Assembly: GCA_951406725.2 (NCBI GenBank)
Contig: OX597819.1
Location: forward strand, 96,658,001 to 96,722,000
DNA length: 64,000 bases
Reading direction: 5' to 3'
Source of the DNA: Octopus vulgaris
Taxonomy: Eukaryota
Positions 12,961 to 25,619 of this stretch are shown piece by piece (position 1 is the stretch's first letter; each line of letters begins with the position of its first letter). The position numbers and the translations under genes are program-made. The notes beneath the pieces are model-generated. The model was not told where the DNA came from, searched no databases, and saw only the letters and a list, made by a program, of their open reading frames with translations.

Positions 12961-14345
12961 ATTTGTGATTAGTGTGTAAATATTTCTGTAAGATGTTAAA
13001 GAAATCATAAGCTGTAAGGCTTGTAGATTTGAAGGCCTCTTATATTACACTGATGTCTCTCTCTATGTCTTATGAGTTTTAATACAGAATTCAGCCTGTA
13101 TATAATATCTGCTTGTACTGAGCACTTCGTTGTAATGCTTGGATAACACATTAACGGCCTGTTCATTGAAGTAGGTAGTTTTAAGAAAAGATTATGACTA
13201 AAATGTTGATGATACAACATTTTGGAGGATTAGAATATTCATAAATATATTGCATCACTTCATTAGGATTAGTGTGCATATTATCAGTTAACTTGCTTTA
13301 AAATGGCATAAAAAATGTTGATGAATTTATAATGAGCTTCAACTGAAAAGTTTTGAAGAATTTATAAATGGTCTTATAAAACATATCGATGGTTTGGGGC
13401 TAAAGTTATGTAGTAACAATAAACTGTCTCTACGATATAATTCCCTAGAGAGGGAGAGATGCCATGCAATGCATTTCTAATAGACAATATGAAAACATCG
13501 TTAAGTTGAGTTGAACCTTTCAGTCCCAGTTTCCTGTATTAACATCCATCAAACATAGAAGCAAATATGTAAAGGGTTGTAATCTGATTTACAGATTTAA
13601 ATCTCATATTTAAATATCTATATTGATTCTAACAAAAATATCGCACTACATCATAAATATCATAAACTATTTAATAATTAATTATCAAAATCCCTTACTA
13701 TATGCTATTTTGTACAAGTTTTACCTAATTATTTTAAAAGAAAACAGAACCTGACAACCAAAATACACCAGATTATAGTGTATTAGCACTTATCCTCATC
13801 GGGGATATTCCAAAGTAAAAAAAAAGAAAAGAAGTCAATTGTACCGCACTAAACACCAGTTCGACATCTTATTCTTACATAGGTTTAACCACAAACTTTT
13901 TCAAGAATACTGAAACAACGCATGCATTCGTTTCGAAATGCTAACAGAAATACTGATATGTCGTTATTGCATTTTATTTGACCTTTGAAATTTACTAACA
14001 CTCCTTTTAATATCAAATTTTGATATCAGCTGAAAAATGTATCTTTTGCAAAACTAGACACGTACAACAATAAGCTGCATAATGTACAACAGAACTGCAT
14101 GGAATTTTTTCTTTGATTTTCTATTACTAGAGCAGCATTTAGAATTAATGCTAACTTGTAGAATTAGAACTTTTTTTCTAAAATCTTTAAATTTATATTT
14201 CTAAATAGGTAATTAATTTGTCGTATGCAATTTTACACCAATCTCCTTCTATACTAAAATTTTAACAACGTCTACATTATGTCATACTGCCTTTTTTTTT
14301 CTTCTGGCCTCAGGGATCGTACTATAGCACGAACCGTTTGAGGGA

Positions 14346-14668
14346 CAAAAAATCAGATATAAGCCATCAAACGTTCGATAAAATCAGATGTAAAATGTTA
14401 TAGATAAGAGGTGAAAGACGATAAGGCTACCCTAGAACAAGGTATCAGGCGTTAAACATACTTAAGAATAAGGTGTGTCAGGTGTAAGTTGGTAATAGTA
14501 CCAAGAACCAGATGCAAGCCTTTCAAGGTACCTAAGACTCAGCCGTAAGACGTTAAAGTTAATCAAGAATCCGGTTTGAATACATTAAAACCCGAGAAGT
14601 AGATGTAAGCCGTTAAAGGGTACTCAAAAACTAGGTGTGAGGCATTAAAGGCACTCAAGAACCAGAAA
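14346..14668. repeat. Degenerate ~31-bp tandem minisatellite (~10 units)
   Basis: Units approximate AAGAACCAGATGTAAGCCGTTAAAGGTACTC, e.g. aagaaccagatgcaagcctttcaaggtacct and aaaaactaggtgtgaggcattaaaggcactc. Confidence 0.75.
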
Positions 14669-14686
14669 CTTCTAAATTAAGAAATA

Positions 14687-14884
14687 CCTTATTTTCCGGC
14701 ATACAACTCGACGTAGTTATATTGTGTAAATATCTAGTATTAACATTCAAACAATGTCGCTAGCTTTCCAACTCGTAAATTTCACATGTCACTTTTGGTC
14801 CTCCAAAGTCATCTTGGTGTGACCAACCTTTTTTGGCTGTAAATGTTGGTCTCAAAGATTCGAGGTATACGCCAGAAATTTCGG
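14687..14884. mobile_element. Pogo/Tigger-like MITE
   Basis: Left ta|ccttattttccggcatacaactcga and right tcgaggtatacgccagaaatttcgg|ta are ~25-bp imperfect TIRs with TA flanks. Confidence 0.7.
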
Positions 14885-15024
14885 TATCTAATTGTTTTAA
14901 TGAAATCAATGAGAATAGTTTCGTTCCATAGAAAGAAGCCAAAAGATATATTAGAATTCATTCCACAATTGTTATTGCTCATACAATGATAAATGGCTGC
15001 GTTGCAGCACTAATAATTGCTTAG

Positions 15025-15104
15025 GTTTTACGGCAACAGCATGAAAGATCCCGCAGAATTGTTGAAAAGGGGCGGAATTATTAATGTTGATGGATTAGTA
15101 GAAG
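15025..15104 (+). CDS. Candidate internal exon, unknown product (FYGNSMKDPAELLKRGGIINVDGLVE)
   Basis: cttag| acceptor, gaag|gtaatt donor and one fully open frame in unique sequence. Pyrimidine tract is weak and no homology is recognised. Confidence 0.2.
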
Positions 15105-15999
15105 GTAATTAATTGTGCTCCTTATTTTAAGTTTTCGCTAACATGACTGTAAGAACAGCAGGACAGCTCGCTCCCTTTACATCAAGGAGAATGTTTCCCT
15201 AGTCGCTTTTCATCAGATTATACATCTTAATTATGGCTTTATTCCTGTGGTTAATTCTAGTTTTCTAATTCTTTGATCAATAGAAATAAATAAACAACTA
15301 AATAAATAAGCAAGCCAAAATATATTCCATTGGGATTTAATTTACAGCCATTTAAGTGTTTAAATGATGATGACGATGATGATGAAGATGATGATGATGA
15401 TGATAATCATACATAAAAGCTCTGTTTCACTATAACATTCTAAGGACAAATCTGATGGAAACCAGAGAGTTGCGTAAGGGGAAATAATTTGCAGCAATCT
15501 TTGCCACAGTAATTAGTAAAAGTATGTTCAGGGAAGTTTAAAATGGTTCGTGGTTGATAAAACGTGGTGGGGAAAACAAAAAAAGATACGATATTGAGCG
15601 AATAAAGCATGATGAATATATTAAATATATTAAATTTGGAATGGCAGAATCACTAGTGTCGGACAAAATTCCTTGCGTTTTTTCTTCCATCTCTTTACGT
15701 CTTGATTTTAAATCCCACAGAAACATAATTTGCCTTATATTCCTTTAGTGTCGATAAAATAAAGTACCAGTTAAGTAACGGAGTCTATGGTATGCCTAGG
15801 CCCTGTCCTCCCAAATTGCTGGTCCTATGCCTAAATTAAATGATTAAATAGATTAATGAATATATCGATAAGAAGCAGGATATGTAACGAAATCAGATTG
15901 GTGGATTCTTCCTCCCTGGATGACAGATTAGGATCCAGCAATTTCTTGCTGAACAGCTTGTACTGATGATTTGTTTATTGTTAATAAATGTTTGTGTTA

Positions 16000-16203
16000 T
16001 ATATTAACCTACTCCCTCTATCAGATCAACATTGCCTGTACAGGTGCATGTTGTACTACACATCAGATGTCGAAGTAATTGCAGAGGGACTTGAAATGAA
16101 GCGTATTCTTCGTGAACACAACGCATCGCCCGTTGCAGGAAACGAAGTCACGATCAAAAGACCTTGATTGTAACTGCCTAATCACTGGGTCATGCTCCTT
16201 CAC
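16000..16203 (-). mobile_element. Diverged tRNA-derived SINE, family D
   Basis: Reverse complement begins gtgaaggagcatgacccagtgattagg (A box) and continues gggcgatgcgttgtgttcacgaagaatacgcttcatttca (CORE-like). Confidence 0.55.
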
Positions 16204-16775
16204 ACGAAATGAGATTAAATATATACATAATATATTATGACTGAGACTATCTGTCTACTTAATTATTTTAGTGCATCTCTATACGTCTGTATGTGATGTT
16301 AGCATATTTATATGCATATTTTCCTATCTCTGTCTTTATTATCTGTCTGTTCGTCTTTCTGATTATCTGTCCGGCTGTCTGTGTGCCTGTGTATCTTTTT
16401 CTATTAATTATGCATACGTGTGTCTGTCTAATGATATATCTATCCACATTTTCTGTCTATATTTTGGGGGATATAGGTGGATGTGGTAACAAGCAATGTA
16501 GTTATAATTATAAGGGTAATTATGGAAATCGCTATAAAAAAAAAGAAAGAAGAAGAAAATATGATAAATACAAATATTCATAGACAAAAGCAAAGAATAA
16601 AATAATAACGCAAAAAATAAAATAATAACAGAGCTAAGAATAAAATAAGGATAAATATTATAAAGACAAATAATGCAAATACAGAAAACGATGCAATATA
16701 TCTTAATAAAAGAAGTTTAAAATAATAAAAAATACATATAAATATTCATAAAATTTATAATATAAAGTATAACAA

Positions 16776-17440
16776 TGGTTTCAAATTTTGGCACAAGGTC
16801 TGCAATTTCGGGAGAGGGCTTAGTCAAATATATTGACCCCGGCAAAATCGACTGCGGCGGTATTTGAACTCAGAACGTAAAGACAAACGAAATGCCCTTA
16901 AACATTTTGCCCGTTGTGCTAACGATTCTGCCAGCTCACCGCCTTAATAATAATAGCAATAATCCCTTCTACTAAAAGCACAAGGTCTGAAATTTGGGGG
17001 GAGAGGACTAGCCGATGGTATCGACCACAGTGTCTCACTGATACTTAATTTATCGCCGCTAAGCATTTTGCTTGGCGGGCTAACGATTCTGCCAGCTTGC
17101 AGCCTTAATATAAAATATAACAACGGGTTGCAATTCAGAGATAGAGACAACACTCATGAGTGGAGGGTGTTAGTCGATACCTTCAATCTCAGAACTAGAC
17201 TAGTTGACCTCGGCGGGATTTGAACTCAGAACGTAAAAGGTAACAAAAATAATTATTATTTCACAATCGAGAGCCCTATGGGTTAGTCGACTAAATCGAC
17301 ACCAGTACTTGACTGATACTTTATTTTATCGACCCGATGAATGGCAGATAAAGACCCGAACGAGATTTGAGCTAAGAACGTAAAGCGTTCCAACAAATAT
17401 CGCAAGGCATCTTGTCAGACACAATAACGAGTTTGCTAGT
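16776..17440 (-). mobile_element. Tandem cluster of about four partial SINE family A copies
   Basis: Repeated tttgaactcagaacgtaaa, ctaacgattctgccagct and ttagtcga blocks, all on the minus strand and internally deleted. Confidence 0.85.
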
Positions 17441-17491
17441 CTGTTTGTCAATCTATTTGTCTGTGTCTGTCTGTTTGTTTGCTTGTTTGTA

Positions 17492-17578
<87 letters not shown>

Positions 17579-17633
17579 TCACACACACAGACACACATAT
17601 ATATTCATACACATACGCACTCAAACGCACACA

Positions 17634-17675
<42 letters not shown>

Positions 17676-17693
17676 TATACATATAGGTATATA

Positions 17694-17940
17694 CAAGGCG
17701 GTGCAAAGGTAGGTATACATTTATGAAAAACTAAAACACGTACAATACTCATTTATTTTTATCAAAAAGATTTTAAGTTCCGATAAAAGTATTATGAAAA
17801 TTATGATCAATGTGTTATTATGATTAATGACACTGAAAATAACAAAATTGATGGTAATTTTTAATTTCTTTGATAAAAATAAATGAGTATTCCACGTGCT
17901 TTCTTTTTCCCTAACAGTATATCTACTTTTGCACCTATTA
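17694..17940. mobile_element. Tc1/mariner-type MITE with ~80-bp imperfect TIRs
   Basis: Left caaggcggtgcaaaggtaggtatac..aatactcatttatttttatcaaa is complementary to right tttgataaaaataaatgagtatt..gtatatctacttttgcacc. TA on both flanks. Confidence 0.8.
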
Positions 17941-18025
17941 TACAAACACGTTGGTGAAACTAACCAGTTGATTTTATTAATCATAGCCAACAGCGTTGTG
18001 CACATATTTATACTCTTTACATATA

Positions 18026-18062
<37 letters not shown>

Positions 18063-18064
<2 letters not shown>

Positions 18065-18254
18065 AGGAGTGGCTGTGTGGTAAGAAGCTTGCTTCCCAAT
18101 CACATGGTTCCGGGTTAAGTCCCACCGCGTGACACCTTGGGCAAGTGTCTTCTACTATAGCCTCGGGTCGACCAAAGCCTTGTGAGTGGATTTGGTAGAC
18201 GGAAACTAAAAGAAGCCCGTCGTATATACATATATATATATATATATATACATA

Positions 18255-18323
<69 letters not shown>

Positions 18324-18549
18324 ATGTGTGTATGTATGTATTTGTGTGTCTGTTTTTGTACCCTCACCATCGCTGGATAGCCGTTGTCGGTGTGTTTACG
18401 TCCTCGTAACGTAGCAGTTCAGCAAAAAATATTTGATAGAATAAGTACTAAGCTTCAAAGAATAAGTACTGGGGTCGATTTGTTCGACTAAAGGCGATGC
18501 TCCGGCTTGGCCGCAGTCAAATGACTGAAACAAGTAAAAGAATAAAAAG
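18063..18549 (+). mobile_element. SINE family B (tRNA head, CORE-like block, internal microsatellite), full length
   Basis: gtaggagtggctgtgtggtaagaagc, caccttgggcaagtgtcttctactatagcctcggg, aagaagcccgtcg, then (TA)/(TG), then a 3' module ending atgactgaaacaagtaaaagaataaaa. Confidence 0.9.
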
Positions 18550-18614
<65 letters not shown>

Positions 18615-18738
18615 CTCACATATTTTCACACGCACACGTATGTTATTGTTGTTGTTGCTGTTGTTGTTATTGTTGTTTGTGCGTGTGCGCACGCGCGTGT
18701 TGCAACGGAGACAAATTTAAGTAAAACCGTATTCATAG

Positions 18739-18781
18739 GTGTGTTGATGTCGGTGACATTCGTTGAATGTAACACATACAG
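18739..18781 (+). CDS. Candidate 43-nt exon (VLMSVTFVECNTY)
   Basis: Consensus donor cag|gtgagt at 18781/18782, catag| acceptor with a weak pyrimidine tract, and an open frame. Confidence 0.2.
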
Positions 18782-18804
18782 GTGAGTAATTCCCTATGGA
18801 AGTA

Positions 18805-18915
18805 TTGTCAAAAATGGCGTAATCGCCTCTGATGGATGGCGAACCGGAAGTGGGTGTCATCCCGCTGTGAATGAAAATCAGGCCGAGATGTCACGACACA
18901 AACGTGACGGATTGC
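18805..18915. promoter_or_regulatory. Candidate regulatory element with YY1-like and ETS-like motifs
   Basis: aaaatggcg (18811-18819) and accggaagtg (18843-18852) lie in a locally CpG-rich unique island. Confidence 0.3.
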
Positions 18916-19219
18916 TATTGGTGGTGAATATTGGAGGGAATATAAAATATTAGGTTTATTTTTCTTCATTTTCATTAAATTCTGGTGCTTCACTGTGTAA
19001 GGACGATGTATTGGACAAAGGTATGTTCTAGTTGACTGAACATCATGAGGTTATTATATATTGCTATGTCATCTAGTTAAGTCCTCTCTAGATTGCGTAT
19101 ATGTGTGCGTGTGTATAGGTATGAACACGAGCTGTATGAATCGGCGCACAGTTATATAATATATCGGTGATTGGTATTTTATTGCTGAATATGTATTTAA
19201 AAACGTGCGTATTCGCTAA

Positions 19220-19255
19220 GTATATAAATATAAATATATATGTGTGTGTGTATAC

Positions 19256-19299
<44 letters not shown>

Positions 19300-19349
19300 T
19301 TTTATTTCTTTCAGTCATTAGACGGCGGGCATCTATGTATGTATGTATG

Positions 19350-19385
<36 letters not shown>

Positions 19386-19386
19386 C

Positions 19387-19461
<75 letters not shown>

Positions 19462-19601
19462 TATATATATATGCAAGTATATAAACATATATACATATAT
19501 ACATATACATATACAGACATATATACATATATACATATACATATACACACATATATACACACAAATAATATATATCTTATAATAGATGTATGTATGTATT
19601 C

Positions 19602-19660
<59 letters not shown>

Positions 19661-19683
19661 CAGCAGCAGCAGCAGCAGCAGCT
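19220..19683. repeat. (TA)n/(TATG)n field followed by (TAG)n(CAG)n
   Basis: Directly visible. Confidence 0.95.
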
Positions 19684-20351
19684 GAACTGAAAGGGTGAAA
19701 CTTTTAATAAATATGAACCAATAAATCATTGCTGAGGTCTAAAGTGTAAGGTGTTGTTAATAAATAACCAGTGACAGGGGTGGATCATTTCTCCCAGGAC
19801 CCCCACGGGTAATATGTTAATGTGGTGGAAGGTATGATCATTGGGTACAGGGTGGTTGCTGGCTTCATACTCTGGAAATAGCTAGGGTAGCAATTATGGA
19901 AGATGAGATGGTAATGTATGTGTCTGAGAAATAGTGAATATGGGGTAGTGAGAGGGTGGCTGTTTGTACAGAAAGCATCGGTTTGTGTGTGTGTGAGTGT
20001 GTGTCAGAGATAGTCTTTTGGTATGTATGCTCGCGCGTGAATGTGTGTGCATGTGTGTGTGTGAGAGAATCTGCTAATATCGGAGAGAGACAGAAGTAGT
20101 ATTATTGAGAGAGAATGTGAACAATGACGGTGAAGAATTGCAGAAGAGAGGGATTAAGTGATGGAAGAGGATAATAAGCAAGATGTAGAGACGTAAGACA
20201 ATAAGAAATATATGGGGAGAAGGAAAAGATGGGTGGAAGTCAGAGATGAAGGACAGTAAGAAAGAGAGGGGGAGAGAAGTTTAAGGTGGAGAGGAATGAG
20301 AAGAAAATATTTTGAGGAAAGAGAGGAAGGTCGAAGATGAGAAGTGACAGA

Positions 20352-20382
<31 letters not shown>

Positions 20383-20432
20383 TGTATGTATGTATGTATG
20401 TATGTATGTATGTATGTATGTGTGTATGTATG

Positions 20433-20465
<33 letters not shown>

Positions 20466-20518
20466 ATATGTACGCATGTATGTGTGTGTCGAAGATGAGA
20501 AATGACAGAATATTTATG

Positions 20519-20561
<43 letters not shown>

Positions 20562-20637
20562 GTGTGTGTGTATGCACGCATATATTTATATTGATGCAAC
20601 CACACCCACACCCCCACACATATACATATGTGTCTGC

Positions 20638-20670
<33 letters not shown>

Positions 20671-21063
20671 TATATAGGGAGAGAGGGAGAGACAGAGGGG
20701 GTGAGATCGATGAAAGAAGAAGGAGAAAGAAATAGAGGAGGTGGAAGAGGAGTAGGTAGTGGGGTGAATGATGAAATCATGATACAAAATATGAAAAGCA
20801 AGAAACAAGCAGAAAGGAGAAAATTTGAAGTGATAAAGTTGTGTATAGATGACGGGTGTATTGCGGGTATATGGGCGAGGGGTAGGCATAACTGGTGGTA
20901 ATAGCACAGTTTGACAGAAGAGAATAATTAGTTGGAAATGATAGGAAGCGGGTGGAAAGAAAGAGTGAGCGGGTAGATGCAATATTGTTTAGGAATGGAT
21001 GCGCGTAGATTCACACACAGACACAGACTCACACACAAACACAGACATGCAAGCACATACACC

Positions 21064-21118
<55 letters not shown>

Positions 21119-21201
21119 GTACACATACTATTATACATCGATACAAACAGATTTATTAACATATATTCAGAGCGGTATGAATATATAAATACATATATAT
21201 A

Positions 21202-21244
<43 letters not shown>

Positions 21245-21493
21245 AGACAGTGACACACGTACAAATACAATCACACATGCAAACATACAGATGGAGACAC
21301 ACTCAAGTAGATAGACGCATAGGCAGAGAGAAACTCAGAAAGATGCACACACAAAGTGATACAGAGATACACATGCAGTTAAATGTAAGCACACAAACAG
21401 ATAAAAGGATAAGTTTACAAATAGCAATGTATGTACACGTTTAGATGAATACACTCAGAGACAGGTGCTTACATAGACACATATACATTTAGA

Positions 21494-21494
<1 letters not shown>

Positions 21495-21577
<83 letters not shown>

Positions 21578-21681
21578 CGGACAGACAGACAGAGAGACAG
21601 AGAGACAGATAGACAGACAGACAGATAGATTGACAGACAAATAGATAGACAGACAGATAGATAGATATGATAGATAGATAT

Positions 21682-21732
<51 letters not shown>

Positions 21733-21827
21733 TGGACAGACAGATAGATAGACAGATAGACAGACAGACAGACAGACAGATTGATAGACAAATAGACAGA
21801 CAGACAGACAGACAGACAGATAGATAA

Positions 21828-21889
<62 letters not shown>

Positions 21890-21910
21890 TGATAGATAGA
21901 TAGATAGATA
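21495..21910. repeat. (CA)n/(AG)n/(AGAC)n/(AGAT)n compound microsatellite
   Basis: Directly visible; source of the three SIYL-repeat ORFs. Confidence 0.95.
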
Positions 21911-22009
21911 GGCACACGTAGTGAGAGGCACACAAATAGACATACTGAAATCCAGACGACAGCTGTGTCAGTGCCATTCTTAGCCATATGTGGCTCGCAA
22001 GCAGAACAG

Positions 22010-22218
22010 AGAGTCTATCAATGGCCGCTTGACCCGTTAGAAATAGCATTCAAATCACCCTCAACTCATACCCTACTGTTTTAGGAAAAACGCTCAATTT
22101 GGGTCATCTGATCCCGAGTTTCTGAGCGTAAGTTAAACAGGATGGCCATGGTTGGAATTGCTTTGATCATAATCTCCGAGATCGAGACTGACCTGGAGCT
22201 GAATAATAACAGCAACGT
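22010..22218 (+). mobile_element. Family E element
   Basis: gacccgttagaaatagcattcaaatcaccctcaa..gatggccatggttggaattgctttgatcata..tgacctggagctgaataataacagcaac. Confidence 0.65.
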
Positions 22219-22699
22219 ATGGCTAACAAGCGACATCTCTCCATCTCTTCCTCTTCCTCTCTTTCTTCCTCTCTCTATCCCTCATCTCTCTCTCTCTCTC
22301 TCACCCCTCTCTCCCTCTACTACATTAGCTTGGAAGCTCATTCTGACACACCCGTCTTACCCTTCTCGTTACTCCTCCTGTAACTCATCAATACCCATAG
22401 GCCTCACATCAACATGTGTAGCCAGCTTGTCCTTCCTCGGGATATCACAACTGTTGTAGTGGTAGTTGTAGTAGTTGTGAAGGTTGTGGTGGAAGGGGTT
22501 ATATTTTTAACGTCACCTCCCTCCCCTGAAACCCAGCCCTCTTGCACTGGCTAATACACTTTATCTCTCCAATGGACCATAGTCCTACAGTGACCAATGC
22601 TCAGATACTGACCTCTAAAGTCATTGCTGCTGCCGCTGCTGCTGTTGCAGCTACTCGCTCTCACCATCACAGAAATTAAGTTGATAGGAGCTTATCCAA

Positions 22700-22890
22700 A
22701 TTGTCAAGTATTGATTTCAAACCTAGGCACAAGGCCTCAAGGAAAAGGTAGATAATTAAATCGATCACGAAAACATGAAAGGTAAAACAAAAAAAATTGA
22801 TGTCGATGGAATTTGAACTCAGGACGTAAGGTCTCGTAACTAATTATCGCACAATACACTGTCCGACGCTTAATCAATTCCAGCATTACA
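22700..22890 (-). mobile_element. SINE family A, diverged
   Basis: gatttcaaacctaggcacaaggcc..ggaatttgaactcaggacgtaag. Confidence 0.7.
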
Positions 22891-22921
22891 CCATTGACGA
22901 AAAGAAAATTCTCACCCAGGA

Positions 22922-23199
22922 TTTTTTTTTCTCGAGCCACGCCTAGCTCATAAGGGCCGGTTTCTGGTTTCCATGGAGTATAGGTTCCCCACCTGGGCGG
23001 GACGTTGGTCCGTCGCAGGTGAGCCTCAAAATTCATGAAGAAAGAGTGAGAGAAAGCTGTGGCGAAAGAGTCAGCAGAAGTTCGCCGTTACCTTCTGCCG
23101 GAGCTGCGTGGAGCTTAGGTGTTTCGCTCGGTCTGAGATTCGAACCCGCGATCCCTCGACCGCGAGTCCGCTGCTCTAACCACTAGGCCATGTGCCTCC
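22922..23199 (-). mobile_element. Young tRNA-derived SINE, family C (V-domain-like 3' part)
   Basis: Reverse complement has A box tggcctagtgg, B box ggttcgaatc, cctgcgacggaccaacgtcccgcccaggtg and an oligo(A) end. Degenerate TSD ctcacccaggatt/ctcgccaaagatt; CpGs retained. Confidence 0.85.
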
Positions 23200-23324
23200 A
23201 CTCGCCAAAGATTAAAATCTCAAAATTGAGGGCAGTATTTAGGGTGACTAAATTCACTACAAAAAAATCTTGACTGATGTTCTACCGATTCTGCCTAAGA
23301 ACTGGTCTCAAATCAACATATGTA

Positions 23325-23535
23325 TATTTCAAACTTGGGTACAGGGCCAACAGTTTCAAGGAAGGAGTAAGTCGATTACATCATCCCCCACTGTTTAATT
23401 AGTACTTATTTTATCGACGCTGAAAGGTTGAAAGGTAAAGTGACCTCGGAGGAATTCGAACTCAGAATATACAAGGCCGTGACTAAATTCACTGCAAGGC
23501 ATCGTCTGACGTACTACCGATTCTATCAATGCATC
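23325..23535 (-). mobile_element. SINE family A
   Basis: agtacttattttatcgacgctgaaaggttgaaaggtaaagtgacctcggaggaattcgaactcagaa. Confidence 0.8.
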
Positions 23536-23959
23536 GCTCTCAAATCATCAGATATTGATATTTCATTATTGTAGCAATGCCTTCTACTACTTTTGTTTGA
23601 TTAACCATTGTTCAACTCTGGTTCGACCGACCAAATAAGTTCTAGCCTGATCATTTCGAATTTAAAAAAAAAACTTTTTCAGAAACAATGTATTGAGGAC
23701 AGTAATATGTAATTTTAGGAAGATTTGACTGATGTTTCAGGCAGATCAAGTGACAGCACGAAAGGTGATGTTGCATGTATTGTCGTTACGATTTATCTCA
23801 GGTCGGCTTTGATCCTGTAGGTACATGATTATTATTTGTTCCGGCCATGTCCATTCCACCGAAACTTCCTACAGAAGACATCTAACAAATATTTTTTTTA
23901 GAATCTACAACATTTCAGAGTCTAGTTGACAAGAGTGAATTAGAATGTGTAACACCGGG

Positions 23960-24333
23960 AGTCGAGAGCACGTAACGTTTCGGACAAAGTTTTTCATCAT
24001 TAGAGGAACTTACTAAAATGATCCTTGTGACTATAGGTTTTGTGTATTTTTAAGGCTAAATTTCTGAGGTGAATGATAATCATTACTGTACATTGATATA
24101 TTCAGATTATTAATGTCCTTATCTTGGTTATTAGTGACAACGTTTCAACCATTGTACCTTCTGATTTCAGGTGCCTGTTGTATTCAGTAATGTTCTCGGA
24201 ATTCTTAACTGAATCTATTACTAAGTCCACAAAAGTAAATTGTTCTTATTCCATTGTCCAGGTCAAGGATATTTTCTTTATTAGTTATTCTGCTACATGA
24301 AAAGCTGCTAGTTTATTACACTTCAGCAAGAGT

Positions 24334-24415
<82 letters not shown>

Positions 24416-24605
24416 GCACACACACACACACACGCACGCATACACACACACACACACATGCAGCTTCACCACCCTAAGGATTAAATTAACATCCAATACC
24501 TAAACTACTACACATCCTATTCGGTTCTAAATTCCAGGGACATTGCCGAATACAAGAGACACCTAAACAAGGCTAACAGTCGAAATGTTACGACAGCTAT
24601 AACAA
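23960..24605. mobile_element. Penelope-like terminal-repeat fragments with degenerate hammerhead-like cores
   Basis: 24128-24214 (-) and 24519-24602 (+) align as an inverted pair with core cacctgaa..aagg..ygaaaygtt. A third motif, ctaatgatg..tccgaaacgtt, lies on the minus strand at about 23972-24008. Confidence 0.5.
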
Positions 24606-24819
24606 AATGAGATCAACGCTTCTTTATTCTCGTCCTACAACATTCCAAATTTTACTAAGCAATCTATCTGAGTATTATATTATCTGAAGATACTTGCATT
24701 TGTTTTAAGACAGCAGGACGTGATTTGAGGGAGATTTGATTCTTATTTCTGACACGTCGTGTGACTCACGCGTTGACTTTCGAACTGCTGGTGTCAAAGT
24801 AATATTCACCATCTCTCTG

Positions 24820-25010
24820 GAAGAATCGTTAGCACACCGAACAAAATGCTTTGCGGTATTTCATCCGTCTTTACGTTCTGAGTTCAAATTCTCCGAGGTC
24901 AGCTTTGCCTTTCATCCTTTCAGGGTCGATAAAATAAGAACCAATCGATATAATCCACTTGCCCAGGACCCCGAAATTGCTGGCCTTGTGCCAAAATTTG
25001 AAACCAATAT
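24820..25010 (+). mobile_element. SINE family A
   Basis: gaatcgttagcacaccgaacaaaatgc..gcctttcatcctttcagggtcgataaaataag..ccaaaatttgaaacc. Confidence 0.9.
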
Positions 25011-25329
25011 TAACCATCACCACCATCGCTGCTGCTGCTACTACTACTAAAGCTTTTGTGTTGGAATATCTCGTTGAACGACATATTCTTAAAAGAAAAA
25101 GGAAGACAGAACAGTGACAGGAAGCTTCAATAAACGATTTATATTGAAACTAATCGTGATTTTTCTTGTTCTTTTTCCATCTAAATGTATTAATGTCGTT
25201 ACATAATGGTGTTATTATTTACAGATCATCTATTTTCAGTTTATATATTTGTGTTTTGGAACGGTAGATCTCGAAGCACATAAATCTATTAATAATAACT
25301 TGTCAATACTGGGTCGAAAAAAAAAACAG

Positions 25330-25520
25330 AGCACGCCGAACAAAATGCTTAGCAGCATTTCGTCCGTCTTTACGCTCTGAGTTCCAATTACGCCGAGGTC
25401 GATTTTGCCTTTCATCCTTTTGGTATCTATAAAATAAGTACCGGTTGAACATTGGGGTCGATGTAATCGACTTAGCCCCTCTTCTGAAACTGCAGGCCTT
25501 GTGCCAAAATTTGAAACCAA
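25330..25520 (+). mobile_element. SINE family A, 5'-truncated
   Basis: gcacgccgaacaaaatgcttagcagcatttcg..ggccttgtgccaaaatttgaaacc. Confidence 0.9.
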
Positions 25521-25619
25521 TTTTCGGTCGATATATCCTTTAGGACAAAAAATCGAAGGCAACCTGTGGGACTCGAAACCACCTCTCCTGTAGAAATACC
25601 AGTTTATATGTATATACTT

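Noticed and set aside
14346-14668. CRISPR-like array of ~31-bp repeats
   Set aside because: Units are adjacent with no unique spacers, are highly degenerate, have no cas genes nearby and sit in eukaryotic DNA.
23125-23199. tRNA gene on the minus strand
   Set aside because: A and B boxes are present, but the acceptor stem does not pair and the sequence continues into a SINE body with an oligo(A) end and TSD.
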